From a virus: 64,000 bases of DNA. The stretch covers positions 64,001-128,000 of IMG/VR virus record IMGVR_UViG_3300045988_160113, one strand, 5' to 3'. Of the stretch, positions 26,261 to 34,830 are shown piece by piece. The notes below the pieces were generated by a model. The model did no database searches, was not told where the DNA came from, and saw nothing but the letters and a program-made list of their open reading frames with translations. Every line of letters starts with the position of its first letter. The first letter of the stretch is position 1. Position numbers and translations under genes: made by a program.

Positions 26261-27193
26261 TTGCACAAGTTGTATAAAGAAATTTTGTGTAATTTTGATA
26301 ATATTTATAAAGCTTATAAAATAGCTCATAGAGGAAAAACAGATGATAAAGAAGTAATTGAGTTTGATAAAGATAAGATATATAATTTGAAAAAATTACA
26401 AGAAAAACTATTGAATAAACAATGGGATGAAATATTTACCTATTATAGGTTTGTAATTACCGACCCGAAGAAAAGAACTGTTGATGCTTTACATTTTGAA
26501 GGTAGAATAGTTCAACACGTTCTTTGTGATTTGATATTGAGACCTTACTTTGAAAGAAGATTGATAAAGGAAAATGCGGCTTGTAGAATAAATAAAGGAA
26601 CTGAGTACGCAGTGAATTTATTGAAAAAAGGTATTATTGAATATTATAAGAAAAATGATGACGGTTATGTTCTTCAAGCCGATGTTCATAAATATTTTCC
26701 AAGTATTGATAGAAAGAAATTGAAGGAGATAATTGATTATCCAAATAAAGAGATTTTAGAATTGATTCATTGGATTATTGATTGCGCGCCTGGCAATGGT
26801 ATTCCTATTGGTAATCAGTCTTCACAATGGTTTGCTTTATATTATTTGGATAAAATTGATAGAATTATCAAAGAGAAGTATAGATGTAAGATTTATGTCA
26901 GATATATGGATGATTTGATAGTTATAGATAAAAGTAAAGATAAACTAAAAAGAATTTTAGGTGATATTATACGAATCGGCCGAGAATTCGGATTGGAATT
27001 CAATGGAAAGACGCAAATATTCCCGCTAAGAAAAGGAATTTGTTTTTTGAGTTGGAAGTTCATTAGAAAAGAAAATATAATAAAACTGTTGAATCCAAGA
27101 AAGAAGTCAGGGAAAATAAAGAAGATAAAAGAAATTTTCAATGAAGGACCTGATAAGTTTGGGAGCGTTTTCAGTCTATGCGCGCCTACTTAA
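26261..27193 (+). CDS. DGR reverse transcriptase
   Basis: GIPIGNQSSQWFALYYL (DGR-type IGxxxSQ motif); YVRYMDDLIV (YxDD); non-ATG start (TTG 26261 or 26270) after GGAGG. Confidence 0.9.
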   Translation: MHKLYKEILCNFDNIYKAYKIAHRGKTDDKEVIEFDKDKIYNLKKLQEKLLNKQWDEIFTYYRFVITDPKKRTVDALHFEGRIVQHVLCDLILRPYFERRLIKENAACRINKGTEYAVNLLKKGIIEYYKKNDDGYVLQADVHKYFPSIDRKKLKEIIDYPNKEILELIHWIIDCAPGNGIPIGNQSSQWFALYYLDKIDRIIKEKYRCKIYVRYMDDLIVIDKSKDKLKRILGDIIRIGREFGLEFNGKTQIFPLRKGICFLSWKFIRKENIIKLLNPRKKSGKIKKIKEIFNEGPDKFGSVFSLCAPT

Positions 27194-27263
27194 GATTAGG
27201 AAACACTTACTATTTTAGAAAGAAAAGACTGATATATAATTATATATAAAGGAGGTCACCTAT

Positions 27264-28082
27264 ATGAAATATGTTGGCGAAAATGCCCTCAAAAAATGGA
27301 CTTCATTAGTCAAGTCCGACATAAAGAAAAAACTCGACAAAAACCAAGGCACTGCTAATTCTGGCAAAATTCTTGGTGTCAATGCGACTGGTGAAGTTGC
27401 ACCTACTGATACTGAGGTTGCTACTCTGGTGGACGTCCCCAATGGGATTGTAAAGGGAGATGGGAGTACACTGAGTGCGGCAGTAGCAGGGACGGACTAT
27501 ATGGCTCCAGTTACCGGTGGTTCTTCCGGTCAAGTGCTGACGAAAACCGCCGATGGGCAGGAGTGGGCAGACGCGGCGGGGGGCGATGTGTTCTGGATTC
27601 ACGCGACGTTGAGCGGGGCTACCGTTACCGCAGACAAAACCCCCAGCGAAGTCAAAGAAGCAATGGTAGCTGGGAAATTATGCCTTTTGGATATTGGTTT
27701 TCCATATCCAACATTGGTTGGAGGCGATGTGCGGAATGTGTCGGGTATTCCTCAAAGCATAATATTTACAGCAGTTAAAGAGAAAAGTAAGGATTCAGAA
27801 GCAGGAACAGTCTACTCAGTGACATGCAGTTTTACAGTCGATGCATGGCAGGCTCTCACAAAAACCATTATCCCAAGAATACCTATACCGAATAGCTCCA
27901 ACGAGGGCAAATTTGTAAAATCGATCTATGATGATGGTGACGAGGCGTATTATGCACGCTGGCAACCCATCGCCCCCTCCGACATCGGCGCTATCGCAAG
28001 CGGCAACATCGTCAAGCAGACGCTTGTGAACGTTGAGACCACGCCGACCGAGAACTACGCCATCAACTGGCTGTTCGGCTAA
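27264..28082 (+). CDS. tail fibre protein, compositionally chimeric
   Basis: AT-rich N-terminus; GSTLSAAVAGTDYMAPV fibre motif; switches to GC-rich coding from about 27430. Confidence 0.65.
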   Translation: MKYVGENALKKWTSLVKSDIKKKLDKNQGTANSGKILGVNATGEVAPTDTEVATLVDVPNGIVKGDGSTLSAAVAGTDYMAPVTGGSSGQVLTKTADGQEWADAAGGDVFWIHATLSGATVTADKTPSEVKEAMVAGKLCLLDIGFPYPTLVGGDVRNVSGIPQSIIFTAVKEKSKDSEAGTVYSVTCSFTVDAWQALTKTIIPRIPIPNSSNEGKFVKSIYDDGDEAYYARWQPIAPSDIGAIASGNIVKQTLVNVETTPTENYAINWLFG

Positions 28083-28092
28083 GGAGGCGCGC

Positions 28093-29223
28093 ATGGCTAC
28101 ATTTACTGTAGAGATAACGCCAGATTCTAGCAACGGTACTATCGCCCACGCAGTCGGAAAGTTTTCCGGAGGGTCAAGCAGCTATAAAGGTCGGCGACGC
28201 ATGAACGTTACCGTCAGCGGCGTCGGGACATTTTCTGCGTTATCGCCGGAGACAAGCGGAGGCGAAAACACTTTTTCTCTCGACATCACGGGGCTGACGC
28301 CGGGGACAACGTACAACTGGAGCGCGTCACTCTACTACAAACATACGTCCGGGGGTTGGGTGACAGCAGGATCGCAGTACGATAAATCCGGAAGCTTTAC
28401 GACGAAAAGTAAAACCCCTACATTACCAAAAACGCTCGTCAACGGCACTGCTTACGACGTTAAGGGCGGGAAGTGCCTCGTCAACGGCACGGTGTACAAT
28501 ATCCTCAAGGGCAGGACGCTTATCGGCGGGACGGGGTATGATATTGCGCTGTCGAGCGCGGGGACAAAGATTGAGACGCTGAACGTGGGACAATCAGTAT
28601 ATGCAAATGTTGGTGGCGTGCGCAAGGAATTCATCGTTGTCCATCAGGGCAAGCCAAGTTCTTTGTACGATGATTCCTGCAATGGCACTTGGCTGTTGAT
28701 GAAGGATATCTACGAGAATAGGCAGTGGAACAGTTCCGATTCCAACGTATATGAAACCAGCACGGTCAACACTTACCTTAACGGGCCGTTTCTTGGGCTG
28801 TTTGACTCTAACATTCAAGGGATTATCAAACAGGTCAAGATACCGTACCGCAAAGGTGGCGGCAGCGGCACTGACCAGTCCGGCGCAAATGGCCTGTCCG
28901 CGAAGATATTTTTGTTGTCTGGTTACGAAGTAGGCTGGACGACCAGCAACCACGAGTTGTTCCCACAGGATGGCGCGAAGCTGTCCTACTTTGAGTCTGG
29001 GACCGGCACGTCCGCCAACAAGAAGCGCATTGCGTACCTGGACGGCTCGGTCGCCATCTGGTGGCTCCGCTCCCCGAACATCGGCTACACCGACGGGGTA
29101 TGGCGCATCAGCGCCGGTGGCAGCTACGACTACAACAACGCATCCCGCTCGTACGGCATCCGCCCCTGCATCATTCTCCCGTCCACTACCCTCGTGGATG
29201 ACGAATTCAATCTTACCACTTAA
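28093..29223 (+). CDS. GC-rich fibre/receptor-binding protein with VR-like C-terminal tail
   Basis: ATG 28093 after AAGGAGG; C-terminal IWWLRSPNIGYTDGVWRISAGGSYDYNNASRSYGIRPCIIL and internal TVNTYLNGPF parallel the DGR target protein. Confidence 0.65.
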   Translation: MATFTVEITPDSSNGTIAHAVGKFSGGSSSYKGRRRMNVTVSGVGTFSALSPETSGGENTFSLDITGLTPGTTYNWSASLYYKHTSGGWVTAGSQYDKSGSFTTKSKTPTLPKTLVNGTAYDVKGGKCLVNGTVYNILKGRTLIGGTGYDIALSSAGTKIETLNVGQSVYANVGGVRKEFIVVHQGKPSSLYDDSCNGTWLLMKDIYENRQWNSSDSNVYETSTVNTYLNGPFLGLFDSNIQGIIKQVKIPYRKGGGSGTDQSGANGLSAKIFLLSGYEVGWTTSNHELFPQDGAKLSYFESGTGTSANKKRIAYLDGSVAIWWLRSPNIGYTDGVWRISAGGSYDYNNASRSYGIRPCIILPSTTLVDDEFNLTT

Positions 29224-29235
29224 AGGAGTGAAACT

Positions 29236-30036
29236 ATGTCAACTTACATCAAAGTCAACAACACCGAATACCCCGCGACCATCACGGGCGAGCACAAAGA
29301 CCGCACGTGGGGTGAGCGCGAGGTCAAGAACATCCGCCTGACGATGACCGCCACCGAGGCGGCGGCGCTGCTACCCGACAACACGCCGTGGAGCATCGTA
29401 CAGCGCGACACCGTACCTAAGTACGATGAGGACGGCAAGCCCACGGGCGAGACCGAGGAGGTCGTCAACGAGTGGGACAACAGCGCGTACAGCCTGAGCG
29501 GGGCGATCACCGACCACCGCGACGGCACGGTCACGGTCAAGATGGGAAAGCCCACGGAGACCGAGAGCGCCAAAGCGACCGTCACCGCCCTTGCTGGCGA
29601 GCCGGTCACATACGCCCGCGCGGTGGAGCTACGCCCCATTATCGAGCAGACAGCGGTCAGCCTGAGCGACGGCGAGGCGGCAAGCGTGCCGGAACTCATC
29701 ACAGCATGGGCGTACCCCGTTGATTACGCTGAGGGCGACCGCAGGAGCTACGGCGGTAAGGTGCACAAGTGCCGTCAGGCACATACCTCGCAGGCCGACT
29801 GGACGCCGGACAAGACGCCCGCGTTGTGGGCGGTCATCGACGCCGAGCACGCGGGCACGCAGGCAGACCCCATCCCGGCAGCGCGCGGCATGGAGTACGA
29901 GTACGGCAAGTACTACCTCGACGGCGAGGACGGCAAGGTGTACCTCTGCGAGCGCACGGGCGAGCAGGCGGGCGGCAAGATCACGCTGCAATACCTGCCG
30001 CACGAGCTGGTGGGCAACTATTTCAAGGCGGCCTAA
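29236..30036 (+). CDS. GC-rich structural protein with CBM5/12-like carbohydrate-binding C-terminus
   Basis: YGGKVHKCRQAHTSQADWTPDKTPALWAVI resembles the aromatic CBM5/12 motif; AAGGAG RBS. Confidence 0.5.
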   Translation: MSTYIKVNNTEYPATITGEHKDRTWGEREVKNIRLTMTATEAAALLPDNTPWSIVQRDTVPKYDEDGKPTGETEEVVNEWDNSAYSLSGAITDHRDGTVTVKMGKPTETESAKATVTALAGEPVTYARAVELRPIIEQTAVSLSDGEAASVPELITAWAYPVDYAEGDRRSYGGKVHKCRQAHTSQADWTPDKTPALWAVIDAEHAGTQADPIPAARGMEYEYGKYYLDGEDGKVYLCERTGEQAGGKITLQYLPHELVGNYFKAA

Positions 30037-30167
30037 GGTCGCAGAAAGGGAGCGAACCAATGGGAGATTTGGCAAGGGTCGTATCGGTGTGCTCGGAGAT
30101 CACGGTTATCCTCAGTGCGTAAAGTAAGAGTCCAACAAAATTTCAACAAAAATTTTTCTCTCGAAAT

Positions 30168-30196
30168 TTGACTTTTCTTCAAACTTCAACTATAAT
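30168..30196 (+). promoter_or_regulatory. promoter cassette
   Basis: TTGACT (30168-30173), 17 bp, TATAAT (30191-30196). Confidence 0.65.
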
Positions 30197-30292
30197 ATAA
30201 TTAGAGAGTGGGAAGAGAACACTCTCCTACCTTATTTACTTATTTTTCTTTCTCTTCCCACTCTACTACATTATACTATGGAGGAATTTACC

Positions 30293-30646
30293 ATGTCTGA
30301 ATCCGCTCATCATGCTCCTGCGCCCGTTCCGCAACCGATTCCAGTTTATAAAACCGTCGATATTTCTACAGTCAAACGACAAGGTGATACTTGGTTACTA
30401 AACTCTCAACTCACCTATACCGATTCTCAAAACTTCTCATCTGTCCATTTTATCTCAAATGGTCAATCATTTACCGCTATTTCTCATTACCCAAAAGACA
30501 ATTCCGAATGTCTTTATTATGACCTCATCAAAGTCAATAACGGCTCTCCATTTTGGCTTGATGATAACTATCGAGTAATATCACTTACTCATAAACCAGA
30601 TAAGAAATTACTCGCCTGGCTTACTGCTAATGGCGTAAAGATATAG
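30293..30646 (+). CDS. hypothetical protein
   Basis: ATG 30293 (MSESAHH) lies 8 nt after GGAGG; the track start at 30278 contains that RBS. Confidence 0.55.
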   Translation: MSESAHHAPAPVPQPIPVYKTVDISTVKRQGDTWLLNSQLTYTDSQNFSSVHFISNGQSFTAISHYPKDNSECLYYDLIKVNNGSPFWLDDNYRVISLTHKPDKKLLAWLTANGVKI

Positions 30647-30653
30647 ATTTTTA

Positions 30654-30680
30654 GGAGAGCGGAAGCTCTTCTTTTTTTAT
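30654..30680 (+). terminator. intrinsic terminator
   Basis: AGAGC-ggaa-GCTCT followed by TTCTTTTTTT. Confidence 0.6.
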
Positions 30681-30692
30681 AGGAGGAATATA

Positions 30693-31484
30693 ATGACAGA
30701 ACAAAACCTGCGTAGGCTAGTAGTAGACACATTCTGTTCCTATAATGGTGCCAAACAGAATTCTACTAAACACAAAAACCTTATTGACACATACAACACA
30801 ATTATCCCTCTTCCTCGTGGAGTGAAGATGACTTACTCCATGTCTTGGTGTGCGGCAACAGTAAGCGCGATTTCACAGAAGCTTGGACTGACAGATATTC
30901 TTCTTCCTGAGTGTTCCTGCTCCAAAATGATTGAAGCGTATCAAAAAATTGGCCGCTGGGAAGAGCGTGATAACTATGTTCCTCAGATTGGCGACTTAGT
31001 TATGTATGACTGGCAAGATGGAAGTGATTATGTTAGTGTAGATAATACCGGTGCACCCGACCATGTTGGTATGGTGGTTGATGTGAATAAGGCTTCGAAA
31101 ATGATGAGAATTATCGAAGGGAATAAAGGAACTCCATCAACTTGTGGATATCGATCACTACAAATCAATGGACGATTTATTAGAGGATTCTGTTTACCAG
31201 ATTATGCAAAGGCTGCTAAGACATACAAGACAAGTTCCACTACAAAAATTGAATATTGTAGCGTAAACCTACCAGTTCTCACTCAAGGCGCGACTGGACA
31301 AACTGTAGAGACACTACAAGTTATACTGCGCGCGCTGGGATATAAGATTGATTTAGATGGTTCTTTCGGTCCTGCGACGGCGAATGCACTCAGTCAGTTC
31401 CAGAAAGGGAGTGGCCTAGCGGTTGATAAGTCCTGTGGACCTCTTACATGGACCGCTTTGATTACAGGAGGAGAATTGAAATGA
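30693..31484 (+). CDS. endolysin: CHAP/NlpC-P60-like hydrolase plus PG_binding_1 domain
   Basis: Candidate catalytic Cys in MSWCAATV and His in PDHVGMVV; C-terminal LRALGYKIDLDGSFGPATANALSQFQ. Confidence 0.8.
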   Translation: MTEQNLRRLVVDTFCSYNGAKQNSTKHKNLIDTYNTIIPLPRGVKMTYSMSWCAATVSAISQKLGLTDILLPECSCSKMIEAYQKIGRWEERDNYVPQIGDLVMYDWQDGSDYVSVDNTGAPDHVGMVVDVNKASKMMRIIEGNKGTPSTCGYRSLQINGRFIRGFCLPDYAKAAKTYKTSSTTKIEYCSVNLPVLTQGATGQTVETLQVILRALGYKIDLDGSFGPATANALSQFQKGSGLAVDKSCGPLTWTALITGGELK

Positions 31485-32467
31485 AATACTATGTATCTAA
31501 TGGTATCAAAATTATTGAATGCGCGCCCAGTGAATTCAAAGTGGTCATGGTGAATCAACACAAGAAAAATGTGCGCAAGTCCACTTTTGTAAATGCGAAT
31601 TTCTTTGCGGGTGGGCAGAAACTCAACAATGAAGTATTCACGTTACCAGTAAATCACCTTATTTGTGATTATGAAGCAAGTGGAAACTCGGAGCGGATTC
31701 GTAATGAGCAGCGTGGCACTTTCAAAGGTAATAAATATTACTATGATTCTTACTCTTACGGCGCACCCACTGACCAATTCTATCATAAAACCTTGACTGT
31801 CTTGGCTATCAAGAACAAAAAGCCAAGCATCTTTGATATGGCTGTATTGGATAAGTCATATGAATATCTTGTTGCTGGTATTCCAGTAATGAAGAATGGC
31901 AAGGATGTAAAGTGGAAGACTTATGTTTCTAAGCAAGGTTGGACTGGTGGTGAGCTATATGGAACCTATCACATTTTTGCTGGTTTGAAGAATGGAACTG
32001 ACACTATTTACCTAATGAGTTGGAAAACTACTTCTTCAAATTTGATTTATAGTGGTGAAGCATTTAGAAGGTTCTCAGCGATGGGTTTTAGGGATGTCAT
32101 CAAGCTTGATGGCGGTGGCAGTGAGATTATGAGGTATAACAATGTTACCAAGCACGCGACTGCTGAAAATCGGCAAATCAGCGCCATTATTGAGGTAGTT
32201 GGTAAAGAAGTTGCTACAACTCCAAATCGTCCACAGAGCAAGGCTAATCCATACGCAGTCCCCACCAAGGCTCTCAAACGTGGCTCGACTGGTAATGGAG
32301 TTCGCTGGATGCAGTTCCAACTAAATAAAGCTGGATTTACTTGTTCTATTGATGGCTCTTTCGGCCCAGCAACTGAGAAGGCACTCAAGTCCTATCAATC
32401 TGCGCGCAGTCTCGAAGTTGATGGAAGCTGTGGTCCTGCTACTCGCGCGGCATTGAAGAAGGAATAA
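31481..32467 (+). CDS. second cell-wall-binding lysin-like protein (phosphodiester-glycosidase-like plus PG_binding_1)
   Basis: VIKLDGGGSEIM motif; C-terminal LNKAGFTCSIDGSFGPATEKALKSYQ; ATG 31481 has a GGAGGAG RBS and overlaps the upstream stop. Confidence 0.6.
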   Translation: MKYYVSNGIKIIECAPSEFKVVMVNQHKKNVRKSTFVNANFFAGGQKLNNEVFTLPVNHLICDYEASGNSERIRNEQRGTFKGNKYYYDSYSYGAPTDQFYHKTLTVLAIKNKKPSIFDMAVLDKSYEYLVAGIPVMKNGKDVKWKTYVSKQGWTGGELYGTYHIFAGLKNGTDTIYLMSWKTTSSNLIYSGEAFRRFSAMGFRDVIKLDGGGSEIMRYNNVTKHATAENRQISAIIEVVGKEVATTPNRPQSKANPYAVPTKALKRGSTGNGVRWMQFQLNKAGFTCSIDGSFGPATEKALKSYQSARSLEVDGSCGPATRAALKKE

Positions 32468-32468
32468 T

Positions 32469-32497
32469 TTGACTTTTGAATTCTTTTATGATATAAT
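32469..32497 (+). promoter_or_regulatory. promoter cassette (extended -10)
   Basis: TTGACT (32469-32474), 17 bp, TGaTATAAT (32492-32497). Confidence 0.65.
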
Positions 32498-32542
32498 ATA
32501 TATAAAGGTGGATGACACCAATAAATATGAGAGGATTATAAA

Positions 32543-32761
32543 ATGGTAAAGCTAAGCGTAACAGAAAAGTATCGTGCAGAGACTCGTGAGGAAGCAGAAG
32601 ATTTCATTCGTGCACAGCGTGAGAATGGAGCTAAGGAAGGGTATGATATTACTAAAGCTGAGTATACCCATAAAGACAAGAAAAAGGGTGGGGAGATTAT
32701 TGATTCGTGTGAAGTAGTCACCATCACTAAGGTCTATTGTGGTATGTGGGACATGGAGTAA
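32543..32761 (+). CDS. hypothetical protein
   Basis: 72 aa, charged. Confidence 0.55.
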   Translation: MVKLSVTEKYRAETREEAEDFIRAQRENGAKEGYDITKAEYTHKDKKKGGEIIDSCEVVTITKVYCGMWDME

Positions 32762-32763
32762 CT

Positions 32764-32931
32764 ATGGAAAAAACCTATACTTGCTACACTTGCCTCAATT
32801 TTGATGAACTTTGCTCCAAACTCGAAAATGGTGAGCGGCCTCCAAAAATTTGTAAAAAGTGCGCATGGCATGAGCAGGGAGATGAACTCCCTCTCAAGAA
32901 GCGCCCTAATTATATTTCAATGAATCTATAA
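32764..32931 (+). CDS. small Cys-containing (zinc-ribbon-like) protein
   Basis: CYTC...CKKC pairs; ATG 32764. Confidence 0.5.
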   Translation: MEKTYTCYTCLNFDELCSKLENGERPPKICKKCAWHEQGDELPLKKRPNYISMNL

Positions 32932-32943
32932 GGAGAATCAACT

Positions 32944-33357
32944 ATGGAAATTTTTCAACAGTGTCTAACCGAACTACTCCGTGTAGTAGTCCTTGTTATC
33001 ATCGCCGGTTTTGGTGTTCTTGCCCGTATGTATCTTGTTCCTCTACTCAAGTCTTGGGTTGAAAAGGCTAAGTCTGCCGCAGATAAAGCTGGTATTGACC
33101 TAACTGCCGAACAGGTTGAACAGGCAAAGAAGATTATTGCTGCGATGGTTGCTTCGGCATATCGTTTAAAGCTCGGTGGTAAGATTGAAGATGCTAAGGC
33201 TTATGTCAATGAGCTGGCAAAGACTGAACTTGCTAAACTTGGCATTGAACTGAGTGATGAAATGATTGATGAGTTTCGTCGTGCGGCGCTTGGTGAGCTT
33301 GAGCGCACTATGGCCGAGTGGAAGACTCTTACTGAAATTGAGGGAGAGACAGAGTAA
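32944..33357 (+). CDS. holin-like membrane protein
   Basis: N-terminal TM segment VVVLVIIAGFGVLARMYLV then a long hydrophilic helical tail; adjacent to the lysins. Confidence 0.45.
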   Translation: MEIFQQCLTELLRVVVLVIIAGFGVLARMYLVPLLKSWVEKAKSAADKAGIDLTAEQVEQAKKIIAAMVASAYRLKLGGKIEDAKAYVNELAKTELAKLGIELSDEMIDEFRRAALGELERTMAEWKTLTEIEGETE

Positions 33358-33376
33358 TCTGTCTCTCTTTTTTTTG
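33345..33376 (+). terminator. intrinsic terminator
   Basis: AGAGACAG-agtaat-CTGTCTCT followed by a T9 tract. Confidence 0.75.
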
Positions 33377-33380
33377 AAAT

Positions 33381-33409
33381 TTGATTTTTGAAGAAAAATT
33401 TTGTATAAT
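33381..33409 (+). promoter_or_regulatory. promoter cassette
   Basis: TTGATT, 17 bp, TGTATAAT; leader ATTATAGAAAGTGAGGAAAG. Confidence 0.65.
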
Positions 33410-33433
33410 GATTATAGAAAGTGAGGAAAGATT

Positions 33434-33658
33434 ATGAAAGGTATTGAGGAAATTTTATACCATTTCAAGGCTTGGTTTAGAAGTCTTGGCTTATCAGTAT
33501 ATAATGTAAAGTTATGGCGGGAAGAAGAAACTAAAAATGTATATGTAGGAAGTCAGTTTTTCTTTAGATATAAAGCAGCAAAATTTTGGAAAGATAGCTG
33601 GGATGAAGATAAAGAAATTACTGCTACTATCACTAAAGAAACCGTATTCTTATTTTGA
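33434..33658 (+). CDS. hypothetical protein
   Basis: 74 aa behind a promoter cassette. Confidence 0.55.
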   Translation: MKGIEEILYHFKAWFRSLGLSVYNVKLWREEETKNVYVGSQFFFRYKAAKFWKDSWDEDKEITATITKETVFLF

Positions 33659-33660
33659 TT

Positions 33661-33828
33661 ATGAAAGTAGAAAAAGGAACTATTGCTAAACTTCGTCGTT
33701 GCGCGCGGATTGAACCATTGTTTCCAGAGTTGAAATGGTGGCAGAAAATTTATTTGAGAATCTATGAAAGGGTACGGGGTGTATTATGGAAGATAAGAAG
33801 GAAGATAGGAATTCGACCTCGAAGATGA
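33661..33828 (+). CDS. hypothetical small basic protein (55 aa)
   Basis: ATG ORF below the track cutoff, overlaps the next small ORF. Confidence 0.3.
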   Translation: MKVEKGTIAKLRRCARIEPLFPELKWWQKIYLRIYERVRGVLWKIRRKIGIRPRR

Positions 33829-33935
33829 CTCCTGAACAGTTAGAAAAATGGCTTGCTCTGCGTAAGAAGTGTCATGTGCATAAGAGCAAGAAAGACTATA
33901 CTCGAAAGGAGAAGCATAAGAAACAGTATGAATAA
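33786..33935 (+). CDS. hypothetical small basic protein (49 aa)
   Basis: ATG ORF, Lys-rich. Confidence 0.3.
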   Translation: MEDKKEDRNSTSKMTPEQLEKWLALRKKCHVHKSKKDYTRKEKHKKQYE

Positions 33936-34137
33936 AAATATTATATTTGGATTCAAACTTGCTTTGGCAGTATTTTGCTCGGTATTTAGCTTGATTTTAC
34001 CTTATGTATTTCTTTTTTATATTGTTACTCATCCTGTTTGGTGGATTTGGCTGTTAGGATTTCCTACTCTTGCCGCGCTAATTGCTCTTGAAGTATGTAT
34101 TTGTGAATATATATGGGAGGAATGGATTGATGATTGA
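33928..34137 (+). CDS. small membrane protein
   Basis: MNKNIIFGFKLALAVFCSVFSLILPYVFLFYIV...; two TM segments. Confidence 0.5.
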   Translation: MNKNIIFGFKLALAVFCSVFSLILPYVFLFYIVTHPVWWIWLLGFPTLAALIALEVCICEYIWEEWIDD

Positions 34138-34726
34138 TAATTTTGAGAATATAAAGAATATTCCAGTTACAAATATGACTATTGGAGATATTTTGAAATA
34201 TTTTGAAGTTGTTACTGAACGTGAACACAATAGTGAAGAAGAAGTAAAGAGAAGTATGTCTGAGGTTGCTAATCGTTTTATGGTAGAAGCGATGTATAAA
34301 TATTATAATCCTAATGAATATCAAAGCGAGACATCAAAGGTTTCTATGCGCAAGGATGGCGAAAACTGGGAAAAAGGGGGAATAATTAGTGGTTATTTTT
34401 ATCCACCCAATTCACGAGCGGCTATTGTCAGAGAATTGACAAATAAATTCAAAGATGATTTGATTCGAGGGAAAATTTTATTTTCAGAAGAGAATAAAAA
34501 TTTTTTCTTCAAAACCGCAGACCATCCTACCTGTAAACTTACTCTTAGCATCGAAGATGGTAATTTAGTTATTACTTATTATATTGGTGATACCGTTTAT
34601 ACCAAGAAAATTTTACCTGACTCTTCCGATTTTGTAAATAAAAGTGACGAATTTTGGAAAAAGTATGGGGAAATTATTATATCTTCGTCCAATGAGTTGG
34701 TTGCGCAAATCAATGAAGGTCATTGA
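34130..34726 (+). CDS. hypothetical protein (paralog pair A)
   Basis: IPVTNMTIGDILKYFEVVTEREHNSEEEVKRSMSEVANRFMVEAMYK aligns with the next gene. Confidence 0.55.
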   Translation: MIDNFENIKNIPVTNMTIGDILKYFEVVTEREHNSEEEVKRSMSEVANRFMVEAMYKYYNPNEYQSETSKVSMRKDGENWEKGGIISGYFYPPNSRAAIVRELTNKFKDDLIRGKILFSEENKNFFFKTADHPTCKLTLSIEDGNLVITYYIGDTVYTKKILPDSSDFVNKSDEFWKKYGEIIISSSNELVAQINEGH

Positions 34727-34747
34727 CTAGGAGAAATATCCTAAAAT

Positions 34748-34776
34748 TTGATTTAGTAAGAAATATTTGCTATAAT
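34748..34776 (+). promoter_or_regulatory. promoter cassette
   Basis: TTGATT, 17 bp, TGCTATAAT. Confidence 0.65.
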
Positions 34777-34830
34777 ATTTATAGAAAATTGAGACAAATT
34801 ATATTTGAAAGGAGAAGTGTAAGAAAGATT

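Noticed and set aside
28452-30127. Many overlapping ORFs on both strands in the GC-rich island (e.g. 28594-28953, 28970-29341, 29244-29702, 29472-29723, 29629-30075, 29720-30127, 29769-30122)
   Set aside because: This is the expected stop-codon depletion of high-GC DNA. Translations are Arg/Ala/Pro/Gly-rich and lack start signals. The three RBS-preceded plus-strand genes fully account for the region.
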